Positions 18,801-24,786 of a stretch of DNA of 24,873 bases are shown piece after piece; position 1 is the first letter of the stretch; every line of letters starts with the position of its first letter. The DNA lies in the UHGV virus genome UHGV-0240820. One strand, 5' to 3'. The notes under the pieces were generated by a model. It was not told the origin of the DNA and made no database searches. It saw nothing but the letters and a program-made list of their open reading frames with translations. This stretch comes from a virus. Both the position numbers and the translations under genes were made by a program.

Positions 18801-19190
18801 TCAATGGTCTATATGATGAAACAGAAGTTAAGCGGTCGCGATATTGACTACAGCTGGAATAACCTTGTGAAAGAGGGGATCGACCGGGGCGGAATGCTTG
18901 GCTGGCTCTCTGAGCCGCTGAATACCGTTGAGAACATAAGCGGTGGTAGGTTTGGTCTTGGCGCGATGTTTGGTGCGCCTCCGGTATCAAGGTTTCAGAG
19001 TCGTAATGCTATTGGTGCTTTACTTGGTCCTACCTTTGATCTTGGCGGTGATGCCGCGACGGTTGCGAATGGTGTACTTAACGGAGAATTTGACAGCCAG
19101 CAAACCCACGCGGTCCGTAAAATGCTACCTTTTCAGAACCTGTGGGCGATATCACCATTACTAAATAAAGTTGAAGAGCAGATGAAATAG
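15801..19190 (+). CDS. internal virion (core/ejection) protein D-like (gp16 position)
   Basis: 1129 aa, coupled (TAATG). Gly/Ala-rich segment near residues 120-200 resembles a T7 gp16 segment as recalled; no N-terminal transglycosylase motif seen. Confidence 0.55.
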   Translation: MPIYEQDPKELLGEDIQQIAAPDDSNFYMETPSLLSAVNPFTSDQRVQRSRQAAFRIDNTLGSFIASAPFSQFDRVEGYNPFDNDAADIKGYEDFADSFINSGSPEETMAIKHRIDQQRADMEYNSGLGFAGTVSSVAMRLADPFNAISMFIPFGAVVRGGRIAETAGRFALANAAGSVASEAALQATQEARSAMESVSNVVVDALVGGILGAGAQLLAGPGAREAVVNSVGNHLRGMDSPQSIGAAQVFNTTLDQEQLAGLGLANKTLSVTPAGRLAQSPSLVSRQINQQLAENNYFFAKNDEGLATFTAVETKIKQYDAMLYKQMEATRDAYQQYSKSVSARGVKRMNFIDFNEAVGMAMRRGDQSDIPEVSQAAARIRPIFETTKARMQELGILPKDIDVVTAKSYLPRIYKFDKILSDRTEFRGRIANWIQGISAKGADKAGQRIERINSLLKTAEESAPRADALASEIAEAEKWSGKKILLMEELDKRNKLISQETDTQARLTRIEKELAETSSEKLQARMMKESSDLKTRLDDIAQAKSELPVYQRHMELLDNPRKYRSELRRLQKRANSTTRLNASRERALKQMEPLSREEAEDAADEIVNKIIGAPSGLVPADIIPERLVGRAGFTKSRTLLIPDERIEDFLESDVNYIMESYLRQVAPEIELTAQFGRKDMGEQIRQVSEEYTRLIKEAKTPKRRAVLEKQRAADIRDITAMRDRLLGTYGAPQDPRSFFVRAGRVARNINFLRLLGGMTVSAATDLMRPMMQHGLRKSLGPMVSMLKNMDSVKIATRDLREMAVGLDYVLSTRTKAIADLTDPYSRRSAAERGLNWMTQKFGNWTLMNQWNSALKSWSGMIVQSRILDAARQVSAGGTLSKSEMRKMAQVGINEDVLRRIGEQFGKHGEDMDGLLTGHSHLWDDRFAREIFQSAVLKDVDSVIVTPGVGDTPLFFSKEGWKMITQFKTFIFAQHNRVLVSGIQQGDAAFYLGALGTIALGSMVYMMKQKLSGRDIDYSWNNLVKEGIDRGGMLGWLSEPLNTVENISGGRFGLGAMFGAPPVSRFQSRNAIGALLGPTFDLGGDAATVANGVLNGEFDSQQTHAVRKMLPFQNLWAISPLLNKVEEQMK

Positions 19191-19191
19191 G

Positions 19192-20043
19192 ATGAAAAAA
19201 ATAAATTTGTTTTTTGGCATAGTGCTTTCAATAGTCTCTGTAAATCCTACAGCTGCCAGTTCATTGCAATGCAATAAGGATAACTTTGATGCATGCAAAA
19301 CGTGTGAACAATTATCAAAGGCTATCGACTTAAAAGAACCTAATCGTGGCGATTACTATAGAGGGGCTTTATGGAATGGGCTTTACGCCTCTTATGTAAT
19401 TAATTGCCCTGTGGTTGCTGAGAAGTTACTGAGCCATGGTGCTATACCATCATATGGCGGATATATGGGGTCTATGGGGGCGGTTCTGACAGGAAAATGG
19501 CCTCATAACAATGAATCAATAAATCTTTCATGGGCAGATTTGCTTATAAAACATGGATTTGATGTTAATAGGCATACGGGGAATTATAAATCAGCTACTG
19601 AAGTATGGGCTATAGATAAAAAACAGATTGAATATAAGTCAGTTTTTGACAAGTTAATTCAATCCAGCGAAGTAAAACCACTCGATCCTTCAAGAAATTT
19701 AGAATGGTGTGCGTCTGAAGGGTATCGCTCAGTTGTCGTTTATTCCCTTAACTCATGTATAGAAAATGCTATAAAACGTTTGGATGATGGTGTTTCTTCA
19801 GCGTCTGATATTTCATCAGCAGCCGTAAATTCCTGTACTAGCGATGTAGAAAATTTCAATAAGCATTTGGCATGCAAAGCAGCTGTTAAAGAAAACTCTG
19901 ATAAAGAGAGAAGCGACGTTTACCAGTTATTAACCAGTGATAGTCAAATGAATAAAAATGTTATTGATATGCTGAAGGAAAGAAATATTGAAACGGTTCT
20001 TGAATTTAGAGCTGAAAATCGATCAGCGAAAACTGCACAGTGA
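19192..20043 (+). CDS. secreted protein of unknown function (283 aa, AT-rich moron)
   Basis: N-terminal signal peptide (MKKINLFFGIVLSIVSVNPTAAS), about 10 Cys, AT-rich codon usage unlike the structural genes. Start is 1 nt after the gp16-like stop. Confidence 0.6.
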   Translation: MKKINLFFGIVLSIVSVNPTAASSLQCNKDNFDACKTCEQLSKAIDLKEPNRGDYYRGALWNGLYASYVINCPVVAEKLLSHGAIPSYGGYMGSMGAVLTGKWPHNNESINLSWADLLIKHGFDVNRHTGNYKSATEVWAIDKKQIEYKSVFDKLIQSSEVKPLDPSRNLEWCASEGYRSVVVYSLNSCIENAIKRLDDGVSSASDISSAAVNSCTSDVENFNKHLACKAAVKENSDKERSDVYQLLTSDSQMNKNVIDMLKERNIETVLEFRAENRSAKTAQ

Positions 20044-20049
20044 TCAAAC

Positions 20050-20074
20050 AGGCCGCTTTCGCGGCCTTGTTTTT
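20050..20074 (+). terminator. intrinsic terminator
   Basis: AGGCCGC, loop TTTC, GCGGCCT, followed by TGTTTTT. Confidence 0.75.
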
Positions 20075-20234
20075 AACGAATGCCACCGCCGCCCGGGCGG
20101 GAATCCGCAGAACGCCCACCGCAGCGGGAGCCGTCAGCAGCAGTGTCGCTGTCGTGCTGACAACGACCGGCAAAGGCCTGAGTTGAAGCTACCAGAGACA
20201 ACAAAACGAACAGTGCAGCAAATGCTTTTTTCAT
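20073..20234 (-). CDS. small exported peptide candidate (53 aa)
   Basis: Internal Met of ORF 20073-20306 starts a classic signal peptide (MKKAFAALFVLLSLVASTQAFAG) followed by a 30-aa Gly/Arg/Asp-rich tail with 2 Cys. GC-rich, in contrast to its flanks. Confidence 0.35.
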   Translation of the reverse strand: MKKAFAALFVLLSLVASTQAFAGRCQHDSDTAADGSRCGGRSADSRPGGGGIR

Positions 20235-20315
20235 TGTGAAATTTCCATCTATAAGCCACCTCAATGTGGCGTCAATGAGTGTAGCACTGACTTTTGTTTC
20301 GTCCATAAAAAACTA

Positions 20316-20828
20316 CTATGCAGGCTTTTTGGATTTGTACGAATAATCCCACGGATAAACATTTCTACTAAGTGGAGCTGTATTCGTTCGTTCATGAAAT
20401 AATTTTGTGAAATTCAATACGGAATCCATCCAAACTTTTGCGTTAGCTTTGGTGTGTGCGGGCGGGTCCCAATAAGCTAGTAAGGCTGCATCTCTTATTT
20501 CATTGACTGCATATATGAGATATGCGTTACTGGTTGGTTTTGGCCTGTAATTTCCTTGTTCATCAATCAATCCATATGACCACTCATCCCAACACTGTTC
20601 AGTACATGAGTATGAATATGATGCATATTCACCAATATTGACATGAACCTTTCTGAGATGGAAGCCTAATACTTCGTCTGGTCTTTCAAAAAGAGTATCT
20701 TTTCCCAGATCAGGATGATGACCATGACGCCAGTGTTGTTTAAAAGCATCTTTTAGCGAAATCAGAAAGTCATCAGTTTTAAACTCACCAGTAGGTATAA
20801 CCTTCCCGCTATACTCACTCAAAAACAT
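20316..20828 (-). CDS. hypothetical protein (170 aa); candidate toxin/effector of a two-gene module
   Basis: Strong RBS (AGAGGA at 5 nt spacing). His cluster (HWRHGHH) and a Cys/Trp-rich segment (YSCTEQCWDEW). Start overlaps the upstream gene's 3' end by 14 nt. AT-rich. Confidence 0.55.
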   Translation of the reverse strand: MFLSEYSGKVIPTGEFKTDDFLISLKDAFKQHWRHGHHPDLGKDTLFERPDEVLGFHLRKVHVNIGEYASYSYSCTEQCWDEWSYGLIDEQGNYRPKPTSNAYLIYAVNEIRDAALLAYWDPPAHTKANAKVWMDSVLNFTKLFHERTNTAPLSRNVYPWDYSYKSKKPA

Positions 20829-21141
20829 CGAATTCCTCTTCCTTCATATGCGTTTCTAATGAGTTAAGCTGGCGGAAAGATATCTCTTTTGATTCTGCAG
20901 ATGAGAGCTTTTTTATCCGCTTGATATTCTTTGTGATAGGAATAGACATTGTATGCACATCAGCGGATGCTCTTGGCTTTGTGCTGATAAAAATATGGCG
21001 CAATGCCGCATTTTCACTATTGAACGAGCCAATAGCTGATTTACGTGCTACAACCTTACCAGTAAAAATACGACTCTTGCTACGCTTTGCATGAGTTCCG
21101 CTTCTTACCGGACCTCTCATCACGAATCCAAGTTTTGTCAT
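20815..21141 (-). CDS. hypothetical basic protein (108 aa); candidate partner (antitoxin/regulator?)
   Basis: GGAG RBS. Arg/Lys-rich N-terminal half and acidic C-terminus (HMKEEEFDVFE). First gene of the overlapping pair. Confidence 0.5.
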   Translation of the reverse strand: MTKLGFVMRGPVRSGTHAKRSKSRIFTGKVVARKSAIGSFNSENAALRHIFISTKPRASADVHTMSIPITKNIKRIKKLSSAESKEISFRQLNSLETHMKEEEFDVFE

Positions 21142-21183
21142 CTTTAATCTCCGGTAAGTTACAGGTATAAAATAAAAACAGGT

Positions 21184-21226
21184 TTACCTTTAAGGTAATA
21201 GTACGCTATTCACCCCCGGTCTGCAA
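21184..21226 (-). promoter_or_regulatory. candidate sigma70 promoter with overlapping operator dyad
   Basis: Minus strand: -35 TTGCAG (21221-21226), 17-bp spacer, -10 TACTAT (21198-21203), overlapping dyad TTACCTTTAAGGTAA (21184-21198) by 1 bp. Confidence 0.45.
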
Positions 21227-21270
21227 TCTGTACAGAATTATTTAAAGGCACATCCCTGTGCCGCCGCCCG

Positions 21271-21927
21271 TCAGAAGAACCCTGCTTTGTCGTTGATGTA
21301 CTCCGCGTGCGTCTGGATATCACGCAGGCATTTGCTCACACCGACGATGTAGCAGAACATGGTGGTCAGTTCCGCCGCCGCGCCCGATACGTCGTGCCCG
21401 TCTTCCTGTAACTGGTTCAGCAGATTCATCAGCAGTGAGTTCTCCGTCAGGCCGAGAACACCAGACGGAGAATGAATCAGGCTGCGGTAGCCGGGCTTCA
21501 GCGGGGCACTGTATTCTTTTTTGTCTTCCAGCTTGATCGCCTCCATAATGGCGGGCATGAAGCCTGACAAGACCTTCTCCACTTTTGTTTCTTGTTGTCT
21601 TAAACGTTTCTCGCATTCAATGAAGTAGCGTCGCACCTGGCGACCTTTTTCGTTACGCTCGACCATCGCCAGCTCTTTGGCTGTATCAAGGGTGAGGTGG
21701 TACTCTTTGCGGTTGTGGCCGCCTCTACCAGATGTTTGCTTTCCCAAATTGGAAAGCAAAATATAGTCTTGATTTTCAATGAATTCGTATTCTGATATGC
21801 GATTTGTAATCCATGCTGCAAACACCTTTTTAACACCTAAAAAAGCGTGCAGATCGCGGGCATTACAAAGTAGGGCTGTTTCGTTAGATATAGTGCCGTT
21901 GAATACGGGGATGAGTTGAGCGTTCAT
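21271..21927 (-). CDS. phage antirepressor (AntA/Bro-N-type N-terminal domain plus C-terminal domain)
   Basis: N-terminal sequence ([12 protein letters not shown]...[32 protein letters not shown]) matches the conserved AntA-type antirepressor domain as I recall it. GGAG RBS. C-terminal 80 aa are paralogous to ORF 23077-23334. Confidence 0.75.
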   Translation of the reverse strand: MNAQLIPVFNGTISNETALLCNARDLHAFLGVKKVFAAWITNRISEYEFIENQDYILLSNLGKQTSGRGGHNRKEYHLTLDTAKELAMVERNEKGRQVRRYFIECEKRLRQQETKVEKVLSGFMPAIMEAIKLEDKKEYSAPLKPGYRSLIHSPSGVLGLTENSLLMNLLNQLQEDGHDVSGAAAELTTMFCYIVGVSKCLRDIQTHAEYINDKAGFF

Positions 21928-22085
21928 GATGGCGTCTCCACTTAGCGAATTACATCACCACCGCTGAGACCAATCAGATGGTGGTGAACTGAACGGAGTT
22001 GGTCTTACCGGCCTAAGTGGTACCGGCGTCCTTTCGGACCCCCATTCAGCCCACCATAATTCTGGCATGACTGTGCTATACGCAT

Positions 22086-22108
22086 AAAAAAACCACGTCT
22101 GGCGTGGT
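22086..22108 (-). terminator. intrinsic terminator-like element (minus strand)
   Basis: On the minus strand: stem ACCACG/CGTGGT (22092-22097 / 22103-22108) followed by a T7 run (plus-strand A-run 22086-22092). Confidence 0.5.
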
Positions 22109-22200
22109 ATGCGCCACTTAGTAATCCGGGAGACCAATCCCGGCACTGGATTTTGCCAGTGCCCGATTACTATGGCACAAGAGGAGTGCGATGTAAATTT
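22086..22200 (-). ncRNA. structured non-coding leader or sRNA candidate
   Basis: No ATG on the minus strand across 22086-22200. Hairpins at 22126-22143 (6 bp) and 22142-22163 (8 bp) share two nucleotides. Ends in a terminator-like hairpin. Confidence 0.3.
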
Positions 22201-22213
22201 ACCGCAAAGGTAA
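22199..22213. promoter_or_regulatory. dyad TTACCGCAAAGGTAA (operator-like)
   Basis: On the minus strand a -10-like TATCAT overlaps the dyad by 1 bp, with TTGATT 17 bp upstream as a candidate -35. Confidence 0.45.
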
Positions 22214-22291
22214 TGATAAGCGCGAATAAATATCAAAATCAACCGTATTTGGTTGATGGAGTTTAATGCTTGATCACCTGAAAGCAAGATA

Positions 22292-22306
22292 TTACCTTTA
22301 AGGTAA
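22292..22306. promoter_or_regulatory. dyad TTACCTTTAAGGTAA (operator-like)
   Basis: Identical to the 21184 site; 21 bp upstream of the ATG of the 242-aa gene; preceded on the plus strand by AGATAT. Confidence 0.45.
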
Positions 22307-22326
22307 TGTTATTGTGAGGAAAAGCA

Positions 22327-23055
22327 ATGGAAGTTTTCTGGATAGTTGTTGGTGTGGTTGCGGTGATTATTTACGTTATCAACCAGAACAAGACTAAGAT
22401 CTCTGATCGTACGGTCGTTAATCATAACAAAACGATAAAGACCGAAGATGGGGAGATAACGATTAATCGTACACAGGTGATAGAACACACCTCTACTCAG
22501 TTTCAAAAAACTGGAGGTAATGCGCCTAATATTTCCGCACCTCCTGCTTATGATAGTGCGGTAATCCAGACATATTATAAACAGCAGGAGTTAGCAAAAG
22601 AGAGGCAACTGATTCAGCCAAAGCCATTTACAGCAGAGCTTCCACATGGAGTGTCAACGCGTCCGGCATATCATGGAAGATTCCCTGGTGATGACACATC
22701 GTCTCAGTCACCTAAAAAAGCACCTCAGGCAGTATCAGAGCCAGCAAGAATACCTTCTGTATCGCCGTCAAAAGAAGAATCAGCTAACGAAGTTTCAAGT
22801 GCCCGCAAGCAGTGTTTGCGATGCAGAATAACCCTTCCATATGAAAAATTCAGGAAATCGTCAAAAAATCCAGATGGATTGACTAAGTGGTGTGCAAGGT
22901 GTCTCGATGGCCCAAAGAATACACGCCATATGAAGTGGTGCCCAATTTGTAATGTCCGCAGAAAACGAACCAGTTTTTACCCTAATAATCAAAATGCGGA
23001 TGGCTTAATGGCATGGTGCAAAACGTGCTGGGACGAGCACAAAGCGAAACGATAG
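22327..23055 (+). CDS. membrane-anchored protein with C-terminal tandem zinc-ribbon-like repeats (242 aa)
   Basis: N-terminal TM helix (FWIVVGVVAVIIYVI), Pro/Ser/Gln-rich linker, then two repeats of C-x2-C ... DGL ... WC-x2-C. GAGGA RBS. AT-rich. Followed by a terminator. Confidence 0.6.
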   Translation: MEVFWIVVGVVAVIIYVINQNKTKISDRTVVNHNKTIKTEDGEITINRTQVIEHTSTQFQKTGGNAPNISAPPAYDSAVIQTYYKQQELAKERQLIQPKPFTAELPHGVSTRPAYHGRFPGDDTSSQSPKKAPQAVSEPARIPSVSPSKEESANEVSSARKQCLRCRITLPYEKFRKSSKNPDGLTKWCARCLDGPKNTRHMKWCPICNVRRKRTSFYPNNQNADGLMAWCKTCWDEHKAKR

Positions 23056-23079
23056 GCCGCTCTTGCGGCCTTTTCTTTA
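23054..23079 (+). terminator. intrinsic terminator
   Basis: AGGCCGC, loop TCTT, GCGGCCT, followed by TTTCTTTAT; nearly identical to the terminator at 20050-20074. Confidence 0.7.
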
Positions 23080-23334
23080 TCTGGTTTGCTTTCGTAATTG
23101 TTCGGCACAATAGTCGAGATGTGTTTGCAGATCCTGCATAGACATCTGTGAGCTGGTGACGTAGTTAATCAGTGCAGTCAGTTCGGCAAGTGGGCCATCG
23201 ACATTAAATCCATCCTTATCGAGATCCCGGAGTAATTTCATCAAGTGCGATCCCTCCACCAGTGACCTGACGCCTCCCGGCGTGTGAATCCTTTCGGTAA
23301 ATCCGTCTTCCAGTGGATAGTGATACTGCTGCAT
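23077..23334 (-). CDS. stand-alone antirepressor C-terminal-domain paralog (85 aa)
   Basis: About 50% identical by eye to the C-terminal 80 aa of the antirepressor at 21271-21927. Start placed at the internal ATG 23334 (GGAGAAG RBS); the longer ORF to 23457 lacks an RBS and spans the operator dyad. Confidence 0.5.
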   Translation of the reverse strand: MQQYHYPLEDGFTERIHTPGGVRSLVEGSHLMKLLRDLDKDGFNVDGPLAELTALINYVTSSQMSMQDLQTHLDYCAEQLRKQTR

Positions 23335-23410
23335 CTTATCTTCTCCATGCAATAACTGTATGTTTATACAGTAACAAATAATTTGTTTGCTATCCAGCAC
23401 GTTTTGCAAA

Positions 23411-23425
23411 TTACCCGAAAGGTAA
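23411..23425. promoter_or_regulatory. dyad TTACCCGAAAGGTAA (operator-like)
   Basis: Lies between the divergent antirepressor-paralog and tail-spike starts. Confidence 0.45.
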
Positions 23426-23529
23426 TATCTATTGGTATTTATAGTCTTTTTATCCATATATGGTTTTTCAGGTAATAGAATAACCAGATATGCGGCGCAA
23501 CGGGTGCTGCGACTATCTGGAGATTTAAC

Positions 23530-24786
23530 ATGACGGTCTCAACCGAAGTTGACCACAACGAATACACCGGTAACGGCGTTACGACATCGTTTCCGTATAC
23601 TTTTCGAATTTTCAGAAAATCAGACCTGGTTGTTCAGGTGTCTGATCTGAACGGAAACGTAACAGAATTGGTCCTGGATACCGGTTATACGGTAACTGGG
23701 GCGGGCACTTATAGTGGCGGTTCTGTGGTTCTTCCGTCTCCGCTTGCTACTGGATGGCGAATTACGATAGATCGTGTGCTTGATGTAGTGCAGGACACAG
23801 ACCTTCGCAATCAGGGAAAATTTTTCCCCGAAGTGCATGAAGATGCCTTTGACTACCTGACGATGCTGATCCAGCAATGTTTTGGGTGGTTCAGACGTGC
23901 ATTGATGAAACCATCTTTGCTTGCAAAATATTACGATGCAAAGCAAAACAAAATTTCTAACCTTGCAGATCCATCATTTGAGCAGGACGCTGTAAATAAT
24001 CGCTCAATGCGTAATTATGTCGATGCTGCAATCGCCGGAGTTGTTGGTGGTTTTGGTTGGTTTATTCAGTATGGTTCTGGGGCTGTGTACCGAACGTTCC
24101 AGGATAAAATGCGTGATGCTATTAGCCCCAAAGATTTTGGAGCTGTTGGTGATGGTATAAATGACGATTCCACTGCAATAAGCGCGTGCCTTGAAGCCTC
24201 ATCTCCAGGTTATAAAATTGACGGATTAGGGCTTACTTTTAAAGTATCAACTCTTCCGGATGTCAGTCGATTTAAAAATGCTCGTTTTTTATTTGAGAGA
24301 ATACCGGGCCAGCCTCTTTTTTATGCTTCTGAAGATTTTATCCAGGGAGAGTTATTTAAAATTACAGATACACCGTGGTACAACGCCTGGACGCAGGATA
24401 AAACGTTTGTATATGACAATGTCATCTATGCGCCTTTTATGGCTGGAGACCGCCATGGTGTAAATAACCTCCATGTTGCATGGGTTCGCTCAGGAGATGA
24501 CGGGAAGACCTGGACAACGCCGGAATGGCTTACAGATTTACATGAAAACTATCCCACAGTTAACTATCACTGCATGAGTATGGGGGTTGTCAGAAATCGC
24601 CTTTTTGCTGTAATTGAGACGCGGACCGTGAGAGGAAATAAACTGCAGGTTGCAGAGTTGTGGGATCGCCCAATGAGTCGCAGCCTTCGCGTTTATGGTG
24701 GTATAACGAAAGCAGCAAATCAGCAAGTCGCTTATATTCGCATTACTGATCACGGATTGAACCGCCCCGGGAATCCTGGAGACTAA
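23530..24786 (+). CDS. tail spike/fiber protein, 3'-disrupted by IS insertion
   Basis: GGAG RBS. N-terminal ~140 aa resemble the T7 gp17 particle-binding domain (from memory). DFGAVGDGINDD motif and an Asp-box SGDDGKTW (24491-24514). From ~24758 the reading frame runs into IS terminal sequence; the last ~9 codons and the stop are IS-derived. Confidence 0.7.
   Translation: MTVSTEVDHNEYTGNGVTTSFPYTFRIFRKSDLVVQVSDLNGNVTELVLDTGYTVTGAGTYSGGSVVLPSPLATGWRITIDRVLDVVQDTDLRNQGKFFPEVHEDAFDYLTMLIQQCFGWFRRALMKPSLLAKYYDAKQNKISNLADPSFEQDAVNNRSMRNYVDAAIAGVVGGFGWFIQYGSGAVYRTFQDKMRDAISPKDFGAVGDGINDDSTAISACLEASSPGYKIDGLGLTFKVSTLPDVSRFKNARFLFERIPGQPLFYASEDFIQGELFKITDTPWYNAWTQDKTFVYDNVIYAPFMAGDRHGVNNLHVAWVRSGDDGKTWTTPEWLTDLHENYPTVNYHCMSMGVVRNRLFAVIETRTVRGNKLQVAELWDRPMSRSLRVYGGITKAANQQVAYIRITDHGLNRPGNPGD

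Noticed and set aside
20235-20306. Longer N-terminus of the small exported peptide ORF
   Set aside because: A signal peptide must be N-terminal; the extension has no RBS and would overlap the end of the 170-aa gene.
21955-22287. 110-aa minus-strand ORF in the antirepressor upstream region
   Set aside because: It spans the terminator, the alternative hairpins and the operator dyad; no RBS; Trp/Pro/Arg-rich. The region is better explained as regulatory RNA.
23335-23457. Longer N-terminal extension of the antirepressor C-domain paralog
   Set aside because: No RBS at the upstream ATG, the extension covers the dyad at 23411-23425, and the internal ATG 23334 has a strong GGAGAAG RBS.
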